Below are positions 26,940 through 44,026 of a DNA stretch of 64,000 bases, piece by piece (position 1 is the first letter of the stretch; every line of letters starts with the position of its first letter). The position numbers and the translations under genes are program-made. This DNA is from Octopus vulgaris (Eukaryota): assembly GCA_951406725.2 (NCBI GenBank), contig OX597817.1, forward strand, positions 3,968,001 to 4,032,000. Reading direction: 5' to 3'. The notes beneath the pieces were generated by a model. That model saw only the letters and a program-made list of their open reading frames with translations. It was not told where the DNA came from and made no database searches.

Positions 26940-26940
<1 letters not shown>
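26390..26940 (-). mobile_element. ~550-bp non-coding TAA-associated element, full-length
   Basis: Reverse complement of 55683-56228; its 3' end abuts (ATT)n. Confidence 0.85.
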
Positions 26941-27006
<66 letters not shown>

Positions 27007-27105
27007 TGATGATGATGATGATGATTATGATGATGATGATGATGATGATGATGATAATAATAATAATAATAATTTTTATTATTATTATTATTATTGTTGT
27101 TGTTG

Positions 27106-27136
<31 letters not shown>

Positions 27137-27161
27137 AATTATTATTATTATTATTATTATA

Positions 27162-27400
<239 letters not shown>

Positions 27401-27469
27401 TACATAAAAATAAAAAATAAATAAATAAATAAATAAATAAAAAATAAATAATAAATAAATAAATAAACA

Positions 27470-27541
<72 letters not shown>

Positions 27542-27555
27542 CATTATTATTATTA

Positions 27556-27647
<92 letters not shown>

Positions 27648-27649
<2 letters not shown>

Positions 27650-28870
27650 TGGTTTCTTTTCATAACAACTTTATTTCAGCTCCCTTAGTACCGGGCATTC
27701 TCCGATGGCCCAGAGTAGGAAGGGCACTTTTGTTTTGTTATGCATGCTAAATTTATCACCACATTTATTCCATTTTAGGTGCAGAGTGTTTTCCATAGTA
27801 TATGGACTGTATCCATCAAGGTTATCTTTTGTAGTTCATGGAGACTGGAATCACCGGGGAATTGCTTAATATACTTCTCAGCTCCATTGTTTATCCTTCC
27901 CTACGCACCAATTACTACTGGTGTTATCGTAATGCTATACTTACACATTTTGGTGATATCAATTTGCAGATGTTTATAGTGAGAAAGATTTTCGTATTCT
28001 TTAATGAGACAATTTGATCTTGTGGGACAGACATATTTATTAATAGACAATTTCCTCTGTTGTAGCCCTTGATCACAATGTCTGGTCGATTGGAGTCAAT
28101 TTGTTTGTCTGTTTGTATTGGGAAGTTCCAAGGAATGGTGATGTCCTCACCATTTACTACATCCTCTGGATGTTACCTGTACCACATATCGTGACATTTA
28201 ATTTTGTAGTTTTTACAAACATTCCAGTGAATGTACAGCCCTAGTTTGTCATGTCTTATGAGGTACTCATTTTCAGCGATGACTGGGCAGCCAGAAACAA
28301 CATGATCAATTGTTTCCGCGAAGTTTCCGCAAATTCTCAGCGAGGGGACACATTCATCGTTAAGGACGTTTGTATAGTAGTTTCTTGTCGGTAAGCTCTG
28401 ATCCTGTGCTGCAATAACAAAACATTCTGTTTCCACTTTCAGACCTGTCCCCTGTAGCCATTAGTGTGTTAGATTTTGATCAGTATCTCACTTGGACAGG
28501 CAGTAAGGGTATCATCCATGCAGGAGTCTGCTTTTCCACTGGTCTTCGATATTATTCATGCAAGCCTTCCTTTTGTTTGATGGTTTTGCATTGTGTGATA
28601 GGTTTGTCACTATCTGGATCTCGTTGGTATTTCTGATTGTTAGTTTCAAAATCAGGAGAGGCAGAGGCAGGTCTGTCAGTATTTGGGTGTCTTTGGTTAT
28701 TCTTATTGTTAACTTGTAGACTAAGAGATTTTAAAAATTTCCTTCGTGATTGAAGCTTGCTTGGAATCTTCATGCTTCAGTGCAGTTCGTAAGAGCACAT
28801 CACTTGTATGAAGGTACGTTTCAAGGCCTATTATTGCAGAAACGAAGGATTGTTCGAGCCGTATCATGTT
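27648..28870 (-). mobile_element. R4/Dong retrotransposon 3' portion (family G), degraded
   Basis: ETECFVIAAQDQSLPTRNY, RICGNFAETIDHVVSGCP...RHDKLG, IPWNFPIQTDKQIDSNRPDIV; 3' end in (ATT)n. Confidence 0.88.
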
Positions 28871-29059
28871 TGTACGGTTCATGTTTGTACTATTTCCATA
28901 TTCTTCTAGGATTGTACTTCTAACACAATCTCCATTGAACAAACTAAGCTACCTTTTGTATTCCTTTTGTGCCGGTTTGCTATAATCACTCACAATCTGT
29001 GAGATTGTTTCGTTCTTGCTGCCACACATCCTACAAAGGGGCGTTTCACTCTTTGGAAC

Positions 29060-31440
29060 TTAGAGTAATTAGCTCTCAGAGCTTGTTCCTTAGGTGTTGC
29101 ATATCAATGCCTGAGTGCATCCTTTCAGATCACTTTTTCTTAACCACCTCCAGATGTTAATCACGTCTTTTCTTTCGATTTCTCTTTTGAAGTATTGCCC
29201 ATGCGTCGGTTTCATTTCCTAGTTGTAGAATCTTTGTTCTCCATCATATTTATTTAATGCTTTTGAGTGTCATATTTTCACCAGGTATAGTGTTGCTGTT
29301 TATGTCAGTGACAAACAAATGTTCAATCAGACTGCTCTCCTCATTCACAAGACAGATCTTGTATCCTATGAGATTTCTTCTTCCTACGTATCTAAGCAAA
29401 TACAGTCTACCGATATCACTTTTAGGGTGCAATTCCTTGTTATTGTTATCACTTTCCTGTTTTTTCTATCCATTTCTCCAAGCTCGTTCTTCTTCCAATT
29501 AACAATACTTGCACCACATCACATTAATGAAACAGTCTATGTATTACCCTGATTGTGTTCTTTTTTGTGAGTCTACTCTCCATAATTAATTTGGTTCTTC
29601 TGGGGTATTCTCGCCTAAAGCTTTCCGTCATTTTACTCCCCTTCAGTTTGTCATATTCCGAAAAAATACTCAGAATCTTTTAACTATCCATCTTACCATC
29701 CTTGATTCTCTCGTCGGTGGGTAATTTTACACTAACAGAGGACACTACTTCGCCTTTTTTAATGATCACTGATGATCTTTAAGTCATCTATATATAACAG
29801 GGGGATTTAACTTTTCTCCACTTTTCAAGGTGTACCCCGTTGTCACTTATTGTAATATCTCTGTGAGACATGTCATAGAAATCACAAACAAGGACAGACT
29901 AATTCCTTGAAATATGCCTCTACTGATGTTAATCCTCGCCATAAATTTTCCACGTGATGTTAACACTGTATTCCAAATTTCCATTGATCTGATAAAATTC
30001 AAAATATTATAGACACCGGTACCAACTCAACACTTTCTAAAATCCAGGAATGAGGGACCATGTCATAACGTTTCTTACGCCAGAGTCCGGTTAAAATGTT
30101 TTCTCCTGCAATCGTTCAGAACCATTCAGTTTTTCAAAAGTCGATTCTCCGTTCCTTGGATTCTCCACCCGCATCCTTTTCAATCATCTGGCAGTTTGTC
30201 ATTCATTTCCAGGAAATCGTACCCACAATTAGATGTTATTCCTGTCATCATTTTCCACAACATGTGTAGAGAGGAAATTAGCTGGGAATTATCCACTACA
30301 TTACCTTTACCGGGGTCCATTTGGCAATGAACCGTTTTACATGTGGTCGTCGTCCACGTTGGGATTTCCACCCCGTTGCTGATTATATTATTCATTTGCG
30401 CAGCTATTCTTTTATGTAATGCCAGAAAATTTATCAACCAGTATCCATTCAGTTTCGAACCTTTGTATTCTGCTCGGTCACCATTTCAGTTGCTATTCTT
30501 ATATTGTTCCGTTTCACTTCATTTTTCTAGGATCTTAATTCCTTCAGCCATTCAGCATATTTCCCGTGATTTCTTCCATTATCCTACATGTTACTCCAAA
30601 ATCTACTTTCTTCAGTGTCCTGTTTCTCACAGCTGTTAACCTTTCCCTTCAGCTGCTGATGAACCCTTTTCTGATCCTGTTGGAGCAATCTATTGATTAT
30701 AAATTCTTTGGTCATATCCTTTAATTTTCGTAGCTTTTGCCTACAGTTTTTCATTCATCTCTTCAAGTTCTACACTTAAGCACTTTTTCTTGATTCTATA
30801 TCTACGTTCCAGTTCCCGATATTTCACCTTCTTCTTGATTTCACCATGTTTCTTTCTTACTACGATATCGATGTTTTGTATTTCGTTCATTGATTGCTTT
30901 ATCTTTCTTTTCCACCGAGGTCGTTTTGCTACATTTTCTCTTTCACGGTTTAGTTCGAAACCTATTTTCCTTCCTATATAGATGACACAAACTTTAATCA
31001 ATCTATTCGTTCTAGTTATATTATCTGCTTTAATTTTATCCACGTTCTGAGTTCACCCACTGAACCAAATTCTATCCACTTTCTTAAATCCATGTCTTGC
31101 CATGTCCAAATATTTCTGAATGATACCAGTGGTATCTCCGATTATTCCTCTCTCCTCATCGCTCAGTCCTTCTACATCGTCAAACTTTATACCAGCAAAA
31201 TTCTCTTGGGCCCCATCACTGACTGCAAACTTGTCCCCATTCTGTGTAACCATTTCAACATCACTCACTGTATTTTCGATCGTCACCCTCTTCCTAATCT
31301 CATCAAGTTCTAATACTGTTAACTATACTTTTTTCATTATCATCCTTTTGCCTGCTCACAGTCAGTTCCCTAATATCGAAGCTCTGGGTTTTCATCCAAA
31401 TGTCAAGCATTTCCTTTCTATATCCTATCATGAGCTTCCA
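29060..31440 (-). mobile_element. R4/Dong retrotransposon N-terminal region and RT (family H), heavily degraded
   Basis: NITRTNRLIK...RWKRKIKQ, DPGKGNVVDN, LWKMMTGI, MVPHSWI, RGIFQG, LLYIDDLK (catalytic YxDD), HPKSDIGRLYL.R..GRR.L. Confidence 0.85.
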
Positions 31441-31469
31441 TTCATCATCAACAGATCTATATTATTATT

Positions 31470-32352
31470 ATTATTATTTTTTTTTCTTCTTTCAAATTTG
31501 CTTGCATTTCTTGCCGAGTGTCTTCCCGACTCCTAGGGCAAAGACTCTCATAGTATATATTGGTAGGCCATTAAACCAAACTCAATAGTTCGTTCATTTT
31601 TTTTTTTTTTAAAGTTAAATTAAAATACATGAGCAGCAACAGTTCTCACATCGACAATGCTCTTCTCAATACGTGTGATGTACCAGTTAAGACAATCTTT
31701 TGCACTTCTTGCAGGGATGGTAAGCCAGGGATAATTCTCATATAATTTTCGGTTCCCTTCTTGATCATTCCTAGTGCTCCTACGATCACTGGTATTGTAA
31801 CCGCCTTGAGATGCCACATTTTCTCAATTTCAATGAGTAGGTCCTTATATTTTCTGAGCTTGTCAAACTCTTTCGCTGAGATATTATGATCACAGGGGAT
31901 GCTCATATCGATCAATAAGCAAACTTTATTGTTTTGGTCTTTCACAACAATATCTGGTTTATTGGCCTTGATGGTTCGGTCTGTATGTACTGGAAAGTCC
32001 CACAGAATGGTTACATTTTCTCCTTCAGTTACAGCCTCAGGGTGGTGATTATACCACTTGTCGGCAGTTTTGATATTGTAATGCCGACTTATTAGCCAGT
32101 GTAGATATTGGCCAACTCTGTCATGTCTTAATTTATACTCCACTGGAGCTAAGACTTTACATCCAGAGATTAGGTGGTCCACTGTTTCAATCATGTCGTT
32201 GCAGAATCGGCATTTTGGGTCTGCTCCATTTTTCATCACATTGGCCTGGTAGTTCCGGGTTAGTAGGCTTTGATCTTGAGCAGCCAGGATGAAACCTTCG
32301 CTCTCTGCTTTTAGCCCTGAGCTCCGTAGCCACTGATGGGTTTGCTTCTGGT
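31470..32352 (-). mobile_element. R4/Dong retrotransposon, 5'-truncated, uninterrupted C-terminal ORF (family D)
   Basis: Frame open from HQWLRSSGLKAESEGFILAAQDQ through ORF 31646-32239 (CRFC...HLISGC, RHD, KPD...D...K...KY) to LRRALSM-stop; both ends in (ATT)n. Confidence 0.93.
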
Positions 32353-32361
32353 ATTATTAGG

Positions 32362-32421
<60 letters not shown>

Positions 32422-32423
<2 letters not shown>

Positions 32424-32567
32424 GCCATCAAAGTTCATGCCATCAAAGTGACACTGGGGTAAAATATACAAAGCCCAATATACCCATCATGACTACCCGT
32501 CTGATAAGGGTACACCAGGCACATGCATCACAACCATATGTGCGCGACATGGTGATCTCATATCAAG

Positions 32568-32568
<1 letters not shown>
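32422..32568 (-). mobile_element. 5'-truncated copy of the ~550-bp non-coding element
   Basis: Retains only the last ~145 bp; (ATT)n on both sides. Confidence 0.85.
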
Positions 32569-32606
<38 letters not shown>

Positions 32607-32882
32607 GCTATTACTATAGATCTTTCTAGACAGCCGCGTATTGTATAGAGCATAGAACATCTATGGCAACAGTTTAGCAGCTGTGTAACATCTACAGTTC
32701 ATAAGCACACTCACAGACATCCAGAACTGACGCCTATGTAAATAAGTACACACATATGAATTATTAAATGTAAAGCACAGCGCACACACACACACGTATA
32801 TACGAATACATTAACTTTTATGTGTGCATACATGTGGGTGAATGTATATGTATCTCTATACTATGTATGTAATATATATATG

Positions 32883-32915
<33 letters not shown>

Positions 32916-33139
32916 TTTACTATAGCAACAGTCTATCATTAAGCGTAGTGCTGTAAAGTCTGGCTTCTGTAATTACATCACATTCTTCGCCTGCTCTGAT
33001 GTCAACATAACCCCGTCATCAGTTACATAATTCTGTCATCAAACACAATTTCACATCTCTAAGTTTGTGTTTGTTTATTTGCATAAATGATTGAATCTTG
33101 GCAGAGTGGGGACATAAAAGTCTATGCAAACACACACAT

Positions 33140-33480
<341 letters not shown>

Positions 33481-34369
33481 CATATATATACTTACCTGTG
33501 TGGTGTTTATTTTTATGTGCGGCTACACACACGTTCATACTCACGCAGATCTATGTATGCGTTTATACATATACGTACATACATATATACATACATAAAT
33601 ACACATACATGCATATATATATATACAGGTGCATAGCTTAGTGATGAGCGTTGTTCCGCTCACGATCGTTAGTTTGTAAGTTCGATTCCTGATTCTGTAG
33701 TTTATCCTTCAAAAAGACACTTTATTTCACGTTGCTCCAGTTTACTTGTTAACAAGGAGTTGTACTCTAACTCGAATGACCAGTGTTGTTACATTCCGTG
33801 TCACGCTTATTGTCTCTTATATGTAGGTTCAGGATACGGGTGTCTGTGGAGTGCTCTGCCATTTACACGTAAAATTCCATGTGCAACCTGTTTTGTAAAT
33901 GTGTTCAACTGGAACCCTTGTCATCGTAAATCACAAAGTCCCACTCAATACGCACACACACACACGTATATATGTATATGTATTTATATATGTGCGTAAG
34001 AAGTTTGCTTCCCAACCACATGGTTCCAGGTTCAGTCCCACTACACGGCACTGTGTACAGGTGACTTCTAATGCATTCTCCGGCCGTCCAAAGACTGGTG
34101 GAGGATTTTGGTAACTGGTTAACTGAAAGAAGCCCATTATTTTGCCGAACCGTTAACACCGATGTCAAGCTGTGGTGGATTGCAAACACAAAGACAAAGA
34201 CATGCGCACCCGCGTACACACGCACGTACACGCGCACGTACACGCGCACGTACACGCACAAACATACGTTAATACGTGCGCTGTGTGTACAGGGGAACAC
34301 AACCCGGAACAATGTGGTTTGGAAGCAAACATCTTACAACACACCAACGCCTGCGCCTAACTATAATAG

Positions 34370-35380
34370 CAAGACTAGGTATCTGACTCTCATGGTTTCT
34401 GATCTTAACTAATTGGGAGTGTTATCACGTACATGTTTTGTCTTGGTATAAAAGGTGGGCTATGACAAAAATTCTCCTCAATGGCACAGATTTGCTTGCC
34501 GTTTGTTTGACCTAAACCAGTTGAGGATATCCATTAGTGGCTGACGATATGCGGATCCCTGATCACGAACAGAAGTAGCGAGGAACATCACAGTCGTGTT
34601 GAGAGGAATTCTTTCGGCTTTGAATAATTCACTTTTGGAAACATAAGTGTTTCGTTCAACATCCTTAAAAAATCCTTATTCAGGGACCATTTGAGTGGGA
34701 TGGGCTACTCGACCAGAAGAAAATCCTAATTGGGGCCCCACCTGCAAGGTCATGCGCTGTTTATCTTCATATGAGATCACCATGCTGTGCACGTATGGTT
34801 GTCATGCATGTACCTGATGCACCCTCATCAGACCGGTAGCCATGATGGGTATACTAGGCTTGGAATATTTTACCCCAGTGACACTGTGATGGCATGCACT
34901 ACTCCCTCAAACAAAAATAATAATAGCCAATATTCTGCTCAGTGCCACAGATTTGCTTGTCAGTTGCTTGACCTTAGCCAGTTGAGCATATTTCTATGAA
35001 CTGATACCATGCGCATTTCTGATCCCGAGTAGGAATAATGAGGGGAGCATTATAGCCATATGTTAAGGTGAATTCTGTGCAGTTTGAATAATTCGCCTCT
35101 GGGAACCTATGTATTTTGGTCATCACCCTTAAACAAATTTATTCGGGGACCTTTATCTAACTGACGTAAAGAAAATTTTAACTGGGCCTCTCCTGCAAGG
35201 TCAGGCGCTGTTTATCTTGACAAGAGATCACCATATAGCTCACATACGGTTATGATCTGTGTGCTAGGTGTAACCTTAATAGACGGGTAGTCATGATAGC
35301 TATGTTGGGCTTTGTATACTTGCACCCCAGTGAGAGAGCTATGCATGCCATTTGTGCCTCAGTGACATCGATCTCTCACT
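34370..35380 (+). mobile_element. Two tandem diverged copies of the ~550-bp non-coding element
   Basis: ~34370-34910 and ~34926-35380 both align by eye to 55683-56228; separated by a short AAT run. Confidence 0.8.
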
Positions 35381-35491
35381 CGCTTATTAATAATAGTAAT
35401 AATAATAATAATAATAATAACAACAACGACAACCGCAACACCACCAACAACAACAGCAAAAACAACAACGACGACGACGACGACGATGAGG

Positions 35492-38060
<2,569 letters not shown>

Positions 38061-41000
38061 ATAATAACAACAACAATAATACTGATTTCATTTATCTGCC
38101 ACTAGGATGAAGAATCAGAAGAACAATACAAAGACAGATATGAAGTGTGGAGGTTTATATATGAGGAAAAAATTATACAGGGAGGTGTTATACATTTATG
38201 CAACATGATTTAAAGCACAAATGAAAGATTTTGCTGCTTAATATGTGCTACATCTGCTGACAGACGAGCAAAAACAAAGCTAGGCCATCATCAGTTTAAT
38301 CGTCAATACATTTTGATGGAATCATTCCGAAAACGGCAGCACTAACGATTAGTATGTTGGAAGAACGAATGTGTTCATGTAGTACCTTAGATTATCTCTA
38401 CCTCGAATTTTCATTCGCTAAAATCTGAAGGTAAATTAATAATCGTTTTTGTATTTGAAGGGCATCATTTCTCATGAGATGCTTTAAACAGAAAATTTAT
38501 TCTAGTATTCCGAGGTAGATAAGAGGGAAATTGGGAATAATAACACGACACTAGTTCCTCTGACGCGTAATCTCTGGCACTGAATCCAAAATTGAAATCC
38601 ATCTTAAAGAGTCGCAGGTTTCACTCAGTAATTCATGCTTTCCTATTTTTGATATATAGCTTCAATATAAAGTCAGCTGACAGTAAACACACAGTGATAG
38701 AAGCTAGTCTGGGAGTGTACATTATAAACGTACATTCAAGCAGCACACATTGACTTTCACACCCAGGAATAAAATCAGGATCACTGCCCTCTCACCGTAC
38801 GTTTGGAAATTAAAAGATAACAGGAATGAATGTGTCCTTATAATTTCGTATATAATAAAACAAAATGTATGTTAGCATATTGGAGAAATATTACATCTCA
38901 TTGAGCACAAGGAAAATCTTTAGGAACTGGAAACAGAGCACACTATTCCTGTTTGAAACATTTCCGAAGGAAACAGATGAAGAAGGCTAAAGTTTCAGGG
39001 CCACGTCGTTGAATGCAATAAATACAAACTAGATAATATATGGTATTTGTCTCACATTTATATCTTGCTACTTCTTTCGTAGTAAGAATGAGGTAGTGAG
39101 TCAAGTACTGTTGAGGAACCGGCACACAGAATGCAATCTAGAAGTCGTCCTGACTGGGCATTTATTAACCAACTGTTTGAAGACTGGTCTACTGAAGTGT
39201 AACCTACCAAGATTAATGCTATAAAGGGAATTCTGGAGGGAATTGATTGGTAGTGTTCGTCTGACATAAAAAATATGTTAATGCTAAAAGAAGGTCCTGA
39301 GGAACAGCACGCGACACCACAGGATGAATCCCTGGGACCAGTATCAATTCTGTTCACTAACGATCTTCTTCGTTTACCTGAACAGAGCTTGACTGATTGT
39401 ATACAAACTCGGAAATAATATTAATAACGGAGCAAATAATTGATTTGGGATAAACAAACACTTTTACATGGGCTGAATATTTTTCTAGTGGGATTATCTC
39501 GCGTATATATATCTACATATTTATTGTCTGTTTCTTATTCCATACCTCTCACCTTCTTGCTTTTTCTCCTTTTTTCTCTCTCTGTTTGTCTGTCTCTGTT
39601 TGTCTCCGTGTATATATGTGTATACATACATACATACATAAATACATACATATATACATACACGAGTGTGTATGTTTGTGTGTGCAGGATATTGTAAGTA
39701 TTCGGTAATATAAAGTACGGTATATTTACTTCTATATTGTTAGTATCACTGCATTGCACCTATAACCTAGTTACATAATTTCTTGAAATTTTGAGCCCTA
39801 TTCGTTATCGTCAAGTACATCATGCTATTATTTACCCTTGCAAGAAACCAAACCAGATATGTTACAGAAATACGAAAGGGTTACCCAAATGCAATTGCTT
39901 ATATTCCCAGATTTTAAGGTACTTGCTATGTCACCACTGTTCCTGCCAGAAATATTTGCCAAATCTTCCTCAATTTGAATCCAAATAAGATGGATGAAAT
40001 TTGAGTGGATTAAAGGTAAATCAGCAATGACCATCTTATTTCCATTTGTGTCAGATTTAGTGTATTTCTCTTATATTTCCATATTTTTTAACGATGGAAG
40101 TGATGCTGACTGTAGTTGACAGAACTTGACCTGAAGCTAAAGAGCTTTGACGAAGGAACAAAACCCTTGAGATTATATTTTGCCCCTTTGATTGATTCCT
40201 TTGTTATCCATCCTGTAAAATAGTACACAGTAGCCTACTTGTTTTAGTTAATTCAGCAACTACGTGTCTCTACCCTGAACATGTTTGATAAGAAATCTTA
40301 AGCATATTTATGATCACAGCGGCTGGATCTACAGAGATGAAAATGAAGCGACTTCCCTTCTGATATTTGTACTATTTAATGACGCTGATTAACATGAGAA
40401 TGGCAGAAATGACGAAGTAGCAATAATAATTATCATAGGTATGGCTTACATGATGATGAATGTAATAGTGAGAATGGGGATAACGTGGGTAGTGACAATG
40501 ATTATAATTATTATCATGATTAAGCAGTGGAATTGAACAATCTTTCGAGCACCTGGAAACAAACCAAGCAGAATTTCTTCAGAATCATTATGTTACGTGT
40601 CCAAAACCCCTGAGTTCAGCTTTGTTTCTCATTCTTGATGGGTCTATAGAATATAATACCAACCAAATGCTGGGATCTATATAGTCGACTTTCCATTCCT
40701 TCAAAAATCTCTTGTCTTCTACGTAAATTAAAAACAATTATGGCGATAACGATATTGATGTTGATGGTTATGGCGATGAGGGTGGTGATGTTGATGACGA
40801 CGACGACGACGACGACGATGATGATGATGATGATGATGATTAAGATGATGATGATGAAGAAGAGGAGGAGGACATTGATTCAAGATGATGAATTGCAGTA
40901 TTCTCAAAGCAATTTTTTTACCACCAATATCTGACTCTTATATATTACTCTTTCATGTTTATTTTAATATCTTAATACTCTTACTCTGCAATTTATTCCG

Positions 41001-42265
41001 CTTCATCCTCATCTTTGATATCTTTCTCTGTTCTCATAATTTCCTCCCACCTCATCATGCTCTTCCTCAACATCCTTATCATCAACATCACCATTCTAAT
41101 GTTGAAGGAATCATTATGTTTTAAACGGTGGTATACTTAGTAGACTATCTCTGAAATATATAATATCTAAACTGCAACCACAATCCTTATAGCTGATGTA
41201 AACTTCGTAAATTTCGTCTGAGACAAACAAATAATCGCCATGGTTGCATTGTCCACGTCAATAGAAATAAATAAAATCAAGAGAACAAAACAGCGCAAGA
41301 ACAACATTGAATCAATAAATACAATAGTATAGTCATTAAAAATTCATATCTTTGGGAAATAATTCTTTATATATCTGAAAATATTGCAAAAATCTGAATG
41401 AAAAATAACAAAATACAAATTTTAACATAGCCAGATGAAAATAACAAAAGCAAAAAAACGCAAAAATGTTTTCACGATTTAGAAATTTTGCCTTTCTTGA
41501 GAATCTTTATTTTATCCTTTTTTATTTATTACTTTTTTGCTTGAAAAAATGACAAATTCAAAATTCAAAATATTCAGATAGAAATACAAAACGCAAACTA
41601 GAAAAATATAATTTTTAAAAAATCACGCATTAGAATTTTTACCTTTCATATTCTATTAATTTTTGGGGTTTTTTTTTTTCGTATTTTCGTATTTATTCAT
41701 AAATTTAATCTTGTGCTTGGTCAAAAAATAAGTGAAATTGAATAGAATAAATAAAAAAACAATGCAAAAGATAAAATAAAACAAAAAGAAAGTGATAAAT
41801 ATGCTGGAGAAGGTTCTTGAAGTTTAAGGTTAAATTGTTTACTAAGAATTTACTTTTCAACTTTGAAGCATCGGGTCAATATTCTAACAGAATAACTATT
41901 GCTTCCAGCGAAAACGAAGAGGATTTAGGTTTCGTTCTTTCATCTGAAAAATTATTCGTACGATACAGTGTGTTCTCGCAAACATTCGATAAACAGCTTC
42001 AATGACGAATTGATAATGTATTGGACAGTTTGCCTCTAGAAATTGATTCTTTGAATGAAATTGTAAATGTTGAGTTACATTGAAACGTTTAGGAAGGTAG
42101 ATTGGTAGAATTGTTAGAGTCAGATATTTTGATTTTCTACATTACAATTCCTGTTCTTTACATTATGATTCCATGTAGCACTGAGATTAACTCTGATTTG
42201 CATCATCGAGGAGTCGCCAAAATAAATTACCACACAACACATTTAGACACATATTCCTTTCTATA

Positions 42266-42297
<32 letters not shown>

Positions 42298-43375
42298 CTC
42301 TAATCTATCGGTTTTTGTCAGTCGGTCTCTCAATTTCTCACTTACTTTCCTTCTCTTTCTAACGGATAATGCAAAATAAAACAAAAAGTCGTTTTGCATT
42401 GAATAATCTGTTAATTATTAAATGTTCTACGTCTTCAGCTTTTTATCAGAGATCGAAATCTACGCAGCCATCATAATATTTTGCCTGCCATTAAGTGCGG
42501 CTACGAACAACAGCAAACTAATCTCCACTTCATAGCCCGAAGGAAAGCACTCCGTAATGTTGTGACTGGAAACACTTCATCATAGGTTTGCTCAATAAGG
42601 ATTTATTTGAAATAAAATAATTACGTAAATGATTTAGTCAAACGTATAACAGATGCTCAACGAGGCTACTGAACATGCAGGAAATAACGGCACGATTTCA
42701 CTAGGAAAAGTCAATAGTGTAAAAAGCAAATTAAATAAAGGACGCACTACATAGTATTGTTATAGTCTTGACGCAGTATATTTGAAGAAAAAAATCAAGA
42801 ATGGAGGCTCATCAATGAAATTTCTGTTAACAATGAAGCGCTTATTTTGTATTCACTAGGAACACTATGAACATAAAGTATTTTAGCTTATCCTCTCCAT
42901 TTCAATCGACTATTTGCTAAACACTTTTTTACTTATCACATCAGAAAAGTGTGAGGGAATATTTCAAGTAAAACCAAACAAGAGTAGTTCAGCACTTCCA
43001 AATACTAAAGTTTCCATGCTTCTAATAACAAACTGTAGAATCAACTCCATGCAAATCACAGAAAACTTTTAATATAATAAAGAAATGCAAGGCAAAGTTT
43101 AAAATGTTGAACATACTTTGAAAAAAATTCCTCTGTAATTTTACTTTAGCCAAACAAGGAAAAAAAAATCAGTACTTCTTGTAGAAGTTGAATAAATTAA
43201 GTAAGTTGAATAACAGTGTGTGCTCCTATACTTCAAGAATGTACAAATTCGTATTAGTAAAATTTTTTAAAAAGCAACACATGTCTACTTATGCGACACA
43301 CACACACACACATACACACACACACACACACCCATACCCTGTGTGTGTGTATATATATACACATTAGGTACATAA

Positions 43376-43428
<53 letters not shown>

Positions 43429-43989
43429 GAAACATTCAAACTGCTCAAGCACAGACATACCATCGTATACGAAAACACATGTATGCCCTATACACGCCTT
43501 CCCCCATCTCTCTCTTCTCATTAAATAGTTAACGTTATTCCAACCTCAACTCAAGAAGTGGTTTCAGATTTGCAGGGATGAAGCGGCAGGGGAAATGTAT
43601 ACATATAGTACAACAAGAGAACTACAGCTGGGATGTTATGAAATGGTAGAATTGGCTGGAGGGCAACGCATGATCAAATCAGACAATTTCTCGATGGTTG
43701 TCTGCTGTGACAGAAATTACTCGCTGGCTTTTTGAACAAGATCAAAAGTTTGTAAAATAGCATCATTTTCCTTTCGGCTCAGAAGTGTTTGTAATATCGT
43801 ATTTATTTTGGAGAAAAAAAAATCTAAATTTCTTAAGATGTTACATTTCATTGGATTTTAAACTGTGCTCGTGTGCGTAAGTATATGTGTGTATGTATGT
43901 ATATATACACGGATATATTTCTATACGTAGGTATATATATATGTGTGTGTGTTTTTATTAGAGGGGGAGAGAGAGGAAATGAGAGATGC

Positions 43990-44026
<37 letters not shown>

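Noticed and set aside
32968-33028. Minus-strand CTGATGA with TGTAA/TTACA flanks
   Set aside because: GAAG instead of GAAA, no stem II and no NUH in register
39100-39420. Faint LINE RT-like peptide (TPQ...LGPVSILFTNDL); similar traces at ~5900-6100, ~15900-15960 and ~41880-41950
   Set aside because: Too decayed to assign boundaries or family
43567-43650. Possible host exon (tttcag...ATGgtagaa)
   Set aside because: Weak donor site, no recognisable peptide and no partner exons
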